The position numbers and the translations under genes were made by a program. A stretch of 64,000 nt of DNA from Leucoraja erinacea (Eukaryota), in assembly GCF_028641065.1 (NCBI RefSeq), contig NC_073387.1, positions 39,556,001 to 39,620,000 on the forward strand, written 5' to 3'. Below the pieces are notes generated by a model. The model made no database searches. It saw nothing but the letters and a program-made list of their open reading frames with translations, and was not told the DNA's origin. Shown here one piece after another: positions 1 to 12,521 of this stretch (its first letter is position 1; every line of letters starts with the position of its first letter).

Positions 1-261
1 ACTATCAGCCGGTTGTGGTACTGTTGCAATTGTATGCCTCACTACTTTTCACCATTTATTTATCTGCTCTTTCCAATTAGTGCTGCATTATAAAGTTGAG
101 TACAGGCTCGGATTGTCAGGTAGGCAAAGTCGAAAATGTTAAAATATAAATCACTGGACTTCAAAACAAGGAAGATTTTCCAACGATGTTTAGGATACTG
201 ATGACAATTCTCTTGGGAATTTATTTTCCCAAAAAGACCATGGAAAAATTGCATTTTTTGA

Positions 262-542
262 GGAATAAAACCAAGATGAGAAGAACTTTTTTCACACAGA
301 GAGTGGTGAATCTCTGGAACTCTCTGCCACAGAGGGTAGTTGGGCCAGTTCATTGGCTATATTTAAGAGGGAGTTAGATGTGGCCCTTGTGGCTAAGGGG
401 ATCAGGGGGTATGGAGAGAAGGCAGGTACGGGATACTGAGTTGGATGATCAGCCATGATCATATTGAATGGCGGTGCAGGCTCGAAGGGCCCGAATGGCT
501 TACTCCTCCTGCACCTAATTTCTATGTTTCTATGTTTTCTAT
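262..542 (+). mobile_element. CR1 (HER1-like) LINE 3' end
   Basis: Encodes MRRTFFTQRVVNLWNSLPQ and ends in a (TATGTTTC)n tail; near-identical to the copies at 31835-32109 and 44559-44812. Confidence 0.9.
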
Positions 543-559
543 TTAGATGTTAACATATT

Positions 560-1660
560 TCCGGCTACACTCCATTGGTACTCTGAAACAATATCATGTT
601 TAAATTTAGAAAAAATTAGGAGTGACATTGTTGAATCCTTGGTTAAATTTGATAGGACTTGGGGAAGATTTATTCAACATTTTCATATGTTATAAATTGT
701 CCCCTCTCCAACTGTTATAATATATTTTTTTACCGTTATACAGTGGAACGGACATGACGACAAACAGGGACTTATATTGTTGAAACTCTTTGCAGCCCAG
801 ATTCTGTTTTGCTTTTTTTTTTTTTTTCTTTAGTTTAGGGGGTTTTGTTTTTTTGTTTTTTCTCTTTTTTCTCTTTTTTTTCTTTTTATCTTTTTGTTTT
901 TCTATACATATAAGCTCTTTTAAACACTTAACTATATTTACATAGAGACCCAGAGGTCTATATTCAACGTGTATTTTGACACTGGACATATTTAGGTTAT
1001 ACCTGCCATTAATGTAACGCTGATCCCTATGTATCAATATCACTGTTATGTTTATCATTACTTCTTTGTTGTTTTGTTTTTGATTTTCTTGGTATCTTGG
1101 TTTCTTGGTCCTCCAAAATATTCCAAATGGAATTTAAACTGGAGGTGGTGAAGGGAGGGCTTAAGCCAGAAAGGTTTATTGGGAAGAAAGAGCTACTTTA
1201 AATTTAGTTGCATCTGGTTGGGTAATTATAGTTGGGTGGAGATTATTCCATGCTTTCATTGTGCGGGGGAAGAACAAATTGCTGTATACATCTGTCTTTG
1301 TAGCTGGGATCAAAAATTGGATTGAATGCCCTCGTCTGCTCCTAATTGGTTTGGGTTTGTTGTAGGTCTTGTAGTCTATGTCGAGCTGACCATTTAACAT
1401 TTTGTAAAAACAGGTCAAACGGTGAGCTTCACATCTGTCTTGGAGAGGGTTCCACCCCAGAGAATTCAGAAGTTTGGTGACACTCGCTTCTCTCTCATAG
1501 GTGTTAGTAACAAATCGAGCTGCCTGTCTTTGGACACGTTCGATGGAAGACATTTTTTTATTTGTGTATGGGTCCCATGCTGCAACGGTGTAGTCCAAAT
1601 GAGATCTAACGAGGGTTTTTGTTTTGAAAAAAAAAATAAAAAGATTTTAAAAGAAAGATG
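560..1660 (+). mobile_element. L1-clade LINE 3' end (ORF2 C-terminus plus T-rich 3'UTR), interrupted by another LINE
   Basis: 576-695 reads WYSETISCLNLEKIRSDIVESLVKFDRTWGRFIQHFHML*, like fish L1 ORF2 ends; T-rich UTR follows; A-rich end with AATAAA resumes at ~1627-1660. Confidence 0.6.
1087..1614 (-). mobile_element. CR1/L2-group LINE 3' fragment, distinct from HER1
   Basis: Stop-free ORF 1176-1598 (DYTVAAWDPY..IERVQRQAARFV..LGWNPLQDR..FFPRTMKAWNNL); (ACCAAGAA)-like tail at ~1087-1110. Confidence 0.8.
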
Positions 1661-1989
1661 TTAACATCTTGGAAATAGGTCTGAGTGGTCTCTTAATGAA
1701 TTATTTCAGAAACCATTTACATCAATCTGAAAACGACAATAATTTTTTTGTTCCTTTTAGTAAATGTTAATTACCCATCATTAAATGCTAAATCCATTTT
1801 CCAACTGAATGAAGGTTACTACTCTAGGAATTTAATCCAGTTGTCTGATCTGATCAATCTGATTAGAAGTACATTATAAAAATCTGTTCATCTTCATCCA
1901 GCAATCAATCTCAGTATCAATTAATTTAGATCTTAGTTATTTCTTCACTGTCCAAGGCTATTTACAATGAATATGACTAAATATTATCG

Positions 1990-2125
1990 AGTCTGAAGAA
2001 TGGTCTCAACTGGAGACGTCACCTATTCCTTTTCTCCAGAGATGCTGTCTGACCTACTGAGTTATTCCAGCTTTTTATGTCTATCTTCAGTATAAAACCA
2101 GCATCTGCAGTTCCTTCCTATACAT
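1990..2125 (+). mobile_element. Penelope-like terminal repeat fragment with degenerate hammerhead motif
   Basis: CTGAAGAA..ACGTCACCTATTCC..CAGAGATGCTG..CCAGCATCTGCAGTTCCTTCC; same module follows the GIY-YIG end at 15080-15212. Confidence 0.7.
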
Positions 2126-2235
2126 CACTGAATATAACTCGGTCTGCCCACTGGAAAAACAGGAACCTAACCTGACTATTTCATTGCTATCAACTGTACA
2201 AACACATTGTGGCCAACATCAAACTATCTTTAGCT

Positions 2236-2335
2236 CAGGCTGAAGAAGGGTGTCAACCCAAATAATCACCTATTCCGTTTCTCCGGAAAAGCTGTCTGAC
2301 TCGCTGAGTTACTCCAGCTTTTTGTGTCTATCTTC
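2236..2335 (+). mobile_element. Penelope-like terminal repeat fragment (degenerate hammerhead motif)
   Basis: CTGAAGAAGGGTGTCAACCC...GAGTTACTCCAGC, same module. Confidence 0.65.
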
Positions 2336-2775
2336 CATCTTTTGCAATCTATTTGCGGTCACATAGCTCAAAATTGAACTTGATCATTTAGTTGCATTTG
2401 ATATAAATAGATTGAGAAAATATCTATAAAAATGCAATAGACAGGAAATGATGAATCTGTATACTGAATAGATTTATCTACCAAGAACATTGTTAAAAAA
2501 AAGAAAATAATGAATATATTCATTATCTGAGGCAGGGAAGAGAAAACATATTTTGAAGCTCCAGTAGAATTAGTATTGTCATAATAAAATGTTTGAATGG
2601 GATTCTTTTATCAAGGAAAATGATTTGAAGAACTACCGGGGTATTTCAAATTGGTGTCAAAGAGATGTTAATCCATTTATACATCACAAAGATGTCATGT
2701 ATTTTTGATACAGTGTGCATTGTATTAGAGTGAAAACAAATTGGTACATTTTCTTTCAGACATTTTATTGACATT

Positions 2776-3065
2776 ATCATCATCATCATCGTCATCGTTA
2801 AAAACATCAATGGGCACGGTGGCATTCAATGTTATGTACGACAGTAATTGCAACTTCTAATGAAGTGTGGATGGCTGTTGGCTTGCTAAGAGTTCATCCG
2901 CCCTTTGACAGGTCTTGTTATTGGTCCTGCTGGGGGTCCACAGCCCCCTCCTCACCTGGCAAACCAGGTAGGGGAGACAGTTTAGTCGCCGACTATCCGA
3001 CCATGGAGCAGGTAGCATGGGATTACATGGTACCCGTGGCAGTGGGTACTCCCCCCGACCTGACG
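2776..3065 (-). mobile_element. Short retroposon with (GAT)n tail, probably RTE-associated
   Basis: (ATC)n at the left edge and a GC-rich structured body; single copy in window, so classification is inference. Confidence 0.45.
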
Positions 3066-3244
3066 ACATAAACAGTCTATCGTTTTCAATAAGTGAAAAA
3101 TTATATATGGGTCTATTACTGTTATTTGGCCGAAGTTTGAACAGATCAGAAATGTTCCTTAAATGTTCAATTTTTTGTCTAATTTGAGATTAGTGTTTCT
3201 CACCTATAGTTAGAAATGTTATTATTGTTGGACATTTTAAGCAT

Positions 3245-3520
3245 AAGAAGGTCACGGGAAGAATGTACAAACTCCGTACAGGCAGCACCCGTTTTTTAAA
3301 GTTTTTTTGGCCTTCCATCACAGCGATGTGATAGATGTTTATGTAAATTATGTTGTGTTTTGTTTGTAATGTATGGCTGCAGAAACGGCATTTCGTTTGG
3401 ACCTCAAGGGGTCCAAATGACAATTAAATTGTATCTTGTATCTTGTATCTTTTGGGGATCAAACCCGGGTGTCTGACACTGTCAGGCAGCAACTCTACCT
3501 CTGCATCACCGTGCCAACCT
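3245..3520 (-). mobile_element. tRNA-type SINE interrupted by a + strand short retroposon (~3292-3450, (TGTATCT)n tail)
   Basis: SINE motif AGAATGTACAAACTCCGTACAG..GATCAAACCCGGG is split; the insert resembles 41247-41433. Confidence 0.7.
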
Positions 3521-4104
3521 AGTGTAATGGCATAGGAAACAATTGTAATTGTGTTGAGGATTTTGCGTTGTGTTTTTTGTTCAGCATAAAATAACTTAAT
3601 ATAACTAGACCCCAGGAAGATATATCTACCCCCTGGGAAACTTATTGAGGTGACTAATTTCATATCAGTGCTGACAGAAGCTGAAGTATTTGTAGATGGA
3701 AAATGAATATTACTTCCCTTGAAGAGTGTAAATTAAAATTTTCCTGCTGTTGAAGATGATTTTGAAGTAATTCTACCAACATGGATCACCTCCAGAATCT
3801 GATTTAATGTGCTATAGAGATCAATATGAATACTCTTTTAATTTTGTTTGGTAGTACTTTTACATATTCTAGTACCCTGTTTTGTGAGCTGAAATGCCCG
3901 CTACACTACGTCTTTATTCCTACTACCAAAGTGCATGGCAACATACTTTGTTACACTGTATTTCATCTGCCACTTCTTTGGCCATTCTCCCAAGTTTTCA
4001 AAGTTCTTCTGCAGACTCCCTGCTTCCTTTACACGACTTTCCCTCCCACCTATCTTGGTGTCATCTGCAAACCTGGCCACACAGCCATCAATATCATCTT
4101 CCGG

Positions 4105-4600
4105 ATGTTAGGAGTGAAATGAGAGCTTGGCTTATGTGGGTCTTTATTGATGTTGGCTGCCTGTTTGAGGCAGCACCTACTATAGACCCCCTTTGTGGTG
4201 GGGAGGTCAGTCCTAACATAACCAAATGTATGATGGACCAGAGGCAGTATGCTCTCTACCTTAGAACTTCAATAGAGTATTCATCAACATTACAAACCTC
4301 CTCAGTTTTCTCAGGAAGAAACCTTGATACATTTTCTTTGTAATTTCATTGATTTGTTGGGACCAGCACAGATCTTCAATGTTATGTATGCCTTGGAATG
4401 TAAAGCTGTTAGTTTTCTCCACCGCCATCCAATTGATGAAGACAGATTCATGGTCTCCAGCTTTCCCCTCCTGAAGTCAACAATCAGCCCCTTGATCTTG
4501 ATAACATTGAGAGCAAGATTGTTGTTCAACCACCATTCAGTCAGATTTTCAATCTCCTTCCTGTACTCTGACTCATCATTATAGATTGAACAAATTAGCA
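4105..4600 (-). mobile_element. Degenerate Rex1/Babar LINE RT fragment
   Basis: NDESEYRKEIENLTEWWLNNNLALNVIKIKGLIVDFRRGK is homologous to the 45180-45962 ORF. Confidence 0.75.
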
Positions 4601-5029
4601 ATTAACAAAAGCAACTTGGAAGAAAAGTTAAGGAGGAGATTTTTCACAGTTCACTTTGATGAGGAAATATGCTAACATAACCAAATGAAAAATCCTTGGC
4701 GCCTGTAATATATTCAATCTAATAATGTTAAAGATAATGTTAATTAATGATTTTGTGATAAAGGATCTTCAGAATTATAATGGACTGGTGTTTCATATAG
4801 TGTTTGAGACTAATGTTGTCTCTCAGACTTTTTGATCATTAACAAATCTAATTAAGGAACTAATGGGGATACATTGGCTACAGTCTTTTGGAATGATAGA
4901 CAGTGGTAAGTTTAACAAAAAAAATCATAGTTCTCAACAAATATACATTCTTAAAGAATTAAAACAGCAAGGTTAACTGAACATGATTAACTGAACATTA
5001 ACTATTTAAATTATTGCACAATGAGTAAT

Positions 5030-6380
5030 AAACCTGGGGAATGGGGGACTTGTAAAATCTGTAAATTTAGTTTCTAAGACATTGACATATGAAAATGAAT
5101 GAAAATAAACGTGGCTCCTTTTAAAGAGAGGTAGAGGAAATTATAATGCCAAACTAGGAAATACGTGATATTTATCTGCGTGATAGAAAACATAAAAAAA
5201 TTATAGACTCCGAGCGGTGGGGAGCTGGCAATTTTATGTAAGTTAGGAATTTAAAGTAATTAATATTAGTAAATGTAAAGCACTTCAAAAATTAATGGGA
5301 CTAAAAAGTAACAAATCCCCTGGAACTAATGTCCTACTTCTTCAGACTTTTATAGAGGTTGCTCCAAATTTAATGGATGTAATGTTTTCAACATTACAAA
5401 TCCCTTAGATTTTAGAAAGGTCACTCTGGGAGAAAACAATGAAGCTCTTCGAGACAAGAGATGTGGATAATGCAGGAGATTGTAGCTCATTTAGCCTGTC
5501 ATCGGTAGTAGGACAAGTGTTACAAACTACTTTTGGGGATACAAGGCACTTAATATCATAACATATTTGGACTGAATCAACACACTTTTATGGAAGGGAG
5601 AAGGTATTTGACAAACATTAGTGATAATTAGATCTGTAACCAACATGGTGAACAACTGGATATAATGCTTTTTAGTTTAGTTTAGTTTAGCGACAGCGTG
5701 GAAAGAGGCCCTTCGGCCCACCAAGTCAATACCAACCAATAATCACCCATACACTTATTCCATCTTATACACAAAGGCAATTTACAGAAACCAATTAATC
5801 TCCAAACCTGCACGTCTTTGGAATGTGGGAGGAAACCCACATAATCACAGGGAGAATGTATAAACTCCATGCAGACGACATCCGTAGTCAGGATCGAACC
5901 CAGGTCCATGGCACTGTAAGGCAGCAACTCTACCACTATGCTACTGTGCTGCCCCACAGATGCTTATGGATGTTTGGAACATCTTTAACAATGGCCCACA
6001 CAAGGGGTTCTTCAAAATTTGAGGTTGCATATTGAGGCTAATATAGTAACAGGAACAGGAATGATTAATTATTTCATATGGAAGTAACAAATTAGAATAC
6101 ATAGATCACTTTTGCTTGCCATATAAAATTATTGAGTGGCCTAGGGATCTTTTTACAGAACAGGCCCTTCGCCAACATTTTGGGCTAAATGGCCCTTTTC
6201 TGTGATGTGCTGTTCTATGTTCTCTGTTCTAAAGTATCTATCAATATCCTAGATACTGGGACTGAGTATAATGCTTCCAAATTTGCTGATCCAAAACTTG
6301 GTGGGAAAGTGAGCTGAGAGGAGAATGTAAAGAGATTTCCAAGAGATATAGAAAGTAACTAGAATATCTTCTGGAGATGG
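5030..6380 (+). mobile_element. Old degenerate CR1 ORF2 fragments interrupted by a SINE
   Basis: Remnants such as AAATCCCCTGGA (KSPG) and TCCAAATTTGCTGAT (SKFAD); heavily decayed. Confidence 0.5.
5673..5956 (-). mobile_element. HE1-like tRNA-derived SINE
   Basis: (TTTAG)n tail, CR1-shared 3' segment GGCCCTTCGGCCCA, B-box-like GGATCGAACCC near the 5' end. Confidence 0.85.
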
Positions 6381-6406
6381 GAGAGCAATAAATACTGACA
6401 CTCATA

Positions 6407-6717
6407 GTTTAGTTTAGTTTAGTTTAGTGAAACAGTTCGGCCCACTGAGTCCACACCGACCAACGATCCCCGCGCATTAACACTATTCTACCCGCGCTAG
6501 GGACAATTTACACTTACACCAAGCCAATTTTACCTACATACCTGGATTTCTTTTGAGTGTGGGAGGAAAACAAAGTTCTCAGAGAAAACCCACACGGTAA
6601 TGGGGAGAACGTACAAACTCCGTACAGACAGCACCCGTAGTCGGGATCGAACCCAGGTCTCTTGATCTGCAAGCGCTGTAAGGCAGCAACTCTAGTGCTG
6701 CTCCACTGTGCTACCCA
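6407..6717 (-). mobile_element. HE1-like SINE
   Basis: Same consensus and (TTTAG)n tail. Confidence 0.85.
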
Positions 6718-8366
6718 TAGGGGTTGGGATTTTTCTGTACACGATGTTAACTGGCAGGTACATTCAAGAATTAAGAGATTATGCAACAGGTTGTGGCATT
6801 CAATCCTCAGACAACACTGCCAACAATAGATGAGACATCAGTGATACAACTATAACCATAAATACAACAGATAACCAACCCACCATTTGGCAGCTGGAAG
6901 AAACCCTCAAAAGCTATATTTAATGAAATCATCAATTATTTGTGGCATTCATAAAGTTTTTCTAAAAATCTTTTTTTATTGTGAAATACTGTTTTACAGT
7001 CGCAGGTTCTATCAAGTCTTTAATCAAAGTAAAACAGTTTTTCTCAATAAAAAATATATATTTTAAATGTTATAAAAGCTATAAATAATAGGCAGGTGTG
7101 ACAGAGGCAAGACATTTGCACTGACTTCGTCTTTCAACAAAATCTATGCTACCTCGGTATTCAGCAAAACAGTAGTAAAGATGGTTATTTTGTTTTTGAT
7201 ATCTTATTTAGTTATTTTATTATGCCATGGTACATGTCCTCTTGTCCCATGGTAGAATCACAGCAGTGTCCCAGTAGGATCTGGACAGCCCTAAAATTAG
7301 CCTTAGGATATTAGTGTAAGGGTTGCACCATAGCTTGTACAAATACCCAACAGGTGAGGTTGGTAAATGTATCTTCAAGCCTTAGGGCTATGCTGGAGCA
7401 GAGTGAGAGCAAAAGAGCTAGGGACCAATTTACCTCAGCATTGTACCTACTTCTCTGCTATTATTTAGTGGAGCAGAGGAAAGGAAAGTTGCTTCTGTGA
7501 TCTAAATGAAATGATTAAGAGTTCAGAGCATTGTGTTCTCAATTTTTTTTCTTGGCAGTTCATTGAATTAGTCAGTTCCTGGGGAGAGTCATGAAGATAA
7601 GATCAATCCTTGAGATTTTGTTAATTCAGATAATTCAGTGAGGCATGCTTTGAGATGACAATATTAACAGGATCATATTCCGGAGGATTGCTTCAATAAT
7701 TACAAAATGACTGGTAAACTTAGGTCATTGAGATTCCACTCACCTATAGTCCCAAGGTCAAAGACTATTTTCTTAAATAATGAATGGTAGCATTTATGAC
7801 ATGATTCCCAGAATAATTAATGGTGGCATTTATGACGTGATTCGTAGGGCTGCGTAAATATGAAAGTTAAATCACTGTGAAGGTGACGGGAGGGTCCACA
7901 GCGAGAAATAAATGGAAGTAAGGGATGTGAGGATGGAGAAATATAGGCGTTTTGTCAGTAGCTAGCAAAGATTAAATATAGGCTTAGATGGAACTGAAGT
8001 GTCAGATGACAGTGCCACTTTGTGACCCCTGGGAGTTCACGAAGAAGGAAAACTGTTGATTAGAGCAAGGAAGTGACAGTTTAAGTTCACCACAATTTGT
8101 GCAACTAAAGGACTGAAGGTCTGATCTCCCAGGGCACATTCATACCGATTATAAACAATTGCATAGAGCTTGCAAATATAAACTAATTTAAAGTTCAAGT
8201 TTGATTTTTACAGGAATTGTTTGACTTGGAAATTAAATGTGTCAAATTGAGGTGACAAAATGAACACTGAAAGCTTAAAGAGCATGCAAGTCACAATTAT
8301 AAATGTAAAAAAAAATCCCTATTTTAAGTACAGTATATACATCATTGAGGAGTATTGCTAAATTAT

Positions 8367-8865
8367 GTTTAGTTTAGTTTAGGGGTGCAGCATGATAATA
8401 GGCCCTTCGGCCCACCTAGTCCGTGCCAACTAGCGATCCCTGCACATTAACACTACTCGACACACACTAGGGTCAAATAATAGTTAAACCAAGCCAATTA
8501 ACCTACAAATCTGCACGTCTTTTGAGTGTGGGAGGAAACCGAAGATGTCAGAGAAAACTCTCTCAGGTCATGGGGAGAATGTACAAACTCTGTACAGACA
8601 AGCACCTGCAGTCAGGGTCGAATCCGGCGCAGTTAGGCAGTAGCTCTACCTCTGTGCCACTGTGCTGCCCTGTATGATTGATATTAAAGTTTAGGTTTGT
8701 TTAGTTTAGAGATACAGCGTGGAAACAAACCCATCGGTCCGCCGGGTCCGCTCACCTATACAATAGTTCTATCCTACACACCAGGGTCAATTTACAGAAG
8801 CCAATTAACCTACAGACCTGCATGTCTTTGGAATGTGGGAGGAAACCGGAGCACCTGGAGAAAAC
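8367..8865 (-). mobile_element. Two adjacent HE1-like SINEs (8367-8672 full length; 8688-8865 partial)
   Basis: Repeated SINE consensus TGTGGGAGGAAACCG and tails. Confidence 0.8.
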
Positions 8866-11135
8866 AGAGTAGGCCTGATGGGCTGAATGGCCTAATTCTG
8901 CTGTTATGTCTTGTGGTCTATTATGGGATAGTAGCCCAGTCACAACACAAAAACGTGTTACAATGAATAAATATGGCTTATCCCACTGTTAGTGTGTGAA
9001 CATATCCAGCAGAGAACTTTGGAATGATAATTGAATGGCAGAGCAGACTCAATGGGCAGAATGCATTATTCTGCTCCAATGACTTATGGTCTTTAGATAT
9101 GAAGATAATGTATGCTATGCCTCAGGTGAGAATGCTTGGCTTGGACACATATATAAGGGGAATAGTCACCGCACTCCCAATAAACTAAGGAAAGGAATAT
9201 ACTCAAGTAAATTGCAGAATGAAACAGAAATGTACATATACAATTAAGGAATTGTACAGGTACACAGAGTTTCTACTAATTTTAGTTTGGAGGAAAAAAG
9301 CATTTTGGCCCATTGAGTTTATATTGAACAATGATCAGCTGTTCACACTAGTTCTATGTTATCACACTTTCTCATCCACTCAAGACACTAGGGACAATTA
9401 AGCTATAAACCCAAACATCTTTGGAATGTGGTAGAAAACCAGTGCATTTGGAGAAAACCAATGCGGTCATAGGCATCTGGAGTAAGGATCACAATATAAC
9501 AATGCTTGTGGATAATGAAAATGTATCTTCACTAACAATTGACAATAGGTGTAGGAGTAAGCCATTCGGCCCTTTGTGCCAACACCACCATTCAATGTGA
9601 TCATGACTGATCATCCCCAATCAGTACCCCGTTCCTGCCTTCTCCCCATATCCCTTGACGCTGCTATCTTTAAGAGACCTATCTAGCTCTCCTTTGAAAG
9701 TATCCAGCGAACCGGCCTCCACTGCCCTGTGAGGCAGAGAATTCCACAGACTCACAACTCTCTGTGTGAAAAAGTGTTTCCTCATCTCCGTTCTTAATGG
9801 CTTGCCCCTTATTCTTAAACTGTGGCCCCTTGTTCGGGACTCCCCCAACATTGGGAACATGATTCCTGCCTCTAGCATGTCTAAACCCTTAATAATCTTA
9901 CATGTTTCAATAAGATCCACTCTCATCCTTCTAAACTCCAGAGTATGCATGCCCCACTGCTCCATTCTCTCAGCATATGACAGTCCCGCATTTCCGGGAT
10001 TTAACCTTGTAAACCTCTGCTGCACTCTCTCAATAGCAAGAATGTCCTGCCTCAAATTAGGGGACCAAAACTGCACACAATACTGCAGGTGTGGTCTCAC
10101 TAGGGCCCTGTACAACTGCAGAAGGACCTCTTTGCTCCTATACTCAACTCCTCCTGTTATGAAGGCCATCATGTCATTCACTTTCTTCACTGCCTGCTGT
10201 ACCTGCATTCTTACTTTCATTGACTGATGAACAAGGATCCCCAGATCCCATTGCACTTCCCCTTTTCGCAACTTGATAACATTTAGATAATAATCTGCCT
10301 TCCTGTTTTTGCTACCAAAGTGGATAACCTCACATTTATTCACATTAAACTGCATCTGCGATGCATCAGCCCACTCACCCAACCTGTCCAAGTCACCCTG
10401 TATTCTCATAGCATCTTACACACAGTTTACACTGCCACCCACTTTTGTGTCATCTGCAAATTTGCTAATGTTACTTTGAATCCCTTCATCTAACTCATTG
10501 ATGAATATTGTAAATAGTTGTAGTCACAGCACCGAGCCTCATGGTACCCCATTAGTCACTGCCTGCCATTCTGAAAGGGGCTCGTTAATACCTACTCTTT
10601 GTCTCCTGTCTGCCAACCAATGTTCTATCCATGTCAGCACTCTACCCCCATACCATGTGCCCTACATTTGCCCACTAATCTCCTATGTTCGACCTTATCA
10701 AATGCTTTTTGAAAATCTAAGTACACTACATCCACTGGCTCTTGCTTGTCCATTTTCCTAGTTACATCCTCAAAAAACTCCAGGAGATTAGTTAAGCATG
10801 ATTTCCCCTTCATAAATCCATGCTGACTCAGACCGATCCTGTTACTGCTATCCAAATGTGCCACTATTTCATCTTTTATGATTGACTCCAGCATCTTCCT
10901 CACCATCGATGTCAGGCTAACTGGTCTATAATTCCCTGTTTTCTCTCTCCCATCTTTCTTAAAAAGTGGGATAACATTAGCTACCCTCCAATCCTGAATC
11001 TATAGAACATTAGAAAATGATCACCAATGCATCCACGATTTCTAGAGCCACTTCCTTAAGTATGCAGACCATCAGGACCTGGGGTTTTATCAGCCTTCAG
11101 TCTCATCAGTCTACCCAACACCATTTCCTGCCTAA

Positions 11136-12521
11136 TAGCTGAGTCTCACGTTGTGAGTTGACACAAGAGGTACCCCGAGTTAAAACTCATGATAATAACG
11201 TACGATTAACGTACGGAACACGTGGACGCAACTTAGAGACTCATGGCGCTAACGGCAGGTACCCGTGAAACTTGTCAACTCTTGACAAAAATCAAACATG
11301 TTTAAAGTTCTCCACGAGTCAAATTTCCTCTTGTGGTTAAGAATTGAAACATTTTAACTGGGAGTCAGCGGGCACGCCGGCTCTTGACTATTTTCTGCAT
11401 TTCATTGTAAAATGTTCCTGTTATTAAAAAATAGTAATGTCTATCCTGTCATGAGAATGTGTGAGCCTGCAGTCCTTCACCTCCACCCCCCTCCCCTCAG
11501 TCCAACACCGAGATCCTGCTTAAGATGGGCAGCTGCCGACTGGATGAAGTGGCAGCGGGTACCGTAGGGGCAGAAGCTGATGGTGTGCAAGGTACGTCTT
11601 GTTCTTGGGGTGGCGGATGAGGGGGCACAGCTCGGGCTGTGGGCAAACTGCCACTTGTCGCCGTAGCGGCCCATCGGGGAGCGGGTTCCTCTGTAGTTGG
11701 AGCGGGGCTGGGCTGGAGTTGCTGTTGTCTGTGGGTCACTGGGTTCTCCGTGCTTGCAGTGGGCCTGGTGGGCCTGGGGGTCGGTGTCCAGTTGGTACTG
11801 ATGTCGCCGTGCTGTTTGATCGTCCCCTGCTATCCCAGGGACAGGGAGACACAGCGGCTTTTGAGACTGGTGGGTAATCACTTTCAAAGTGTTTGCCCAC
11901 ACAGTCAGTACACCTCTCCTATACTTGTCTCCCGCACTAAGATCATCCCGCAGAGAATGATCCAAGCCTCTCTCGACCTCAACTCACGCCTGGACACCCA
12001 AGCAGCTCAGGAGGCGAACCCTGAGCTCTGTCTCACAACAATCTGATGTGCACATCCGTCCACATTCAAAGATTTAATCTCCCGTCTCCCCGCAATGTGT
12101 TGACATGGCAGTAAATTCAATTAAAACATATCAAACCTGTGTGTTTCAAACAAATCATAAGTATAACTGCTCTGGCACTGGATGGTGCACATTTTCCCTT
12201 TGTAGGTCACATCAATAGATGCGGCCGCGCTGAATTCTATCTTTAAAACAAAGCCACAGGATGGAGAGGTCTTCTTTAACACTGTTGCTTATTAAAACAT
12301 AACACTGTTGCTTATTAAAACAAACCTTCAATGAGGATTGGCTCAAGAATAACTCGGGAGACGAACTTGGAACATCGCAGAAATGACAAGTAAACGGCAA
12401 ACTTGTCATACCCGTGGGAACTCGGTTAAACTCTTGATCATACACTTGTAATCTCGTACACTGCCACAAGTCTTTCACTCGGGGTACCTCTTGTGTCAAC
12501 TCGCAACGTGAGACTCAGCTT
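11136..12521. mobile_element. Non-autonomous PIF/Harbinger-type DNA element with captured gene fragment (Pack-TIR)
   Basis: 44-bp TIRs at 11137-11180 and 12477-12520 (1 mismatch); TAA TSD at 11133-35 and 12522-24. Confidence 0.88.
11540..11668 (-). pseudogene. ZFP36: Degenerate ZFP36/TIS11-family tandem CCCH zinc-finger fragment inside the transposon (family-level call)
   Basis: RYGDKWQFAH / ELCPLIRHPKNKT / RTLHTISFCPYGTRCHFIQ across frameshifts, versus the family motif [46 protein letters not shown]. Confidence 0.85.

Noticed and set aside
2940-3065. HDV-like ribozyme at the head of the (GAT)n-tailed element; also checked the RTE 5' end at ~20230-20375
   Set aside because: Hairpins are present but I could not assign P1-P2-P3-L3 in the required order by eye; needs a covariance-model search
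5880-5956. tRNA genes suggested by A/B-box motifs
   Set aside because: They are heads of SINEs repeated across the window, without a full cloverleaf
11477-11965. 162-aa ORF as a functional zinc-finger gene
   Set aside because: First finger has Cys>Trp and missing Cys residues, the linker is frameshifted, and it lies inside a transposon
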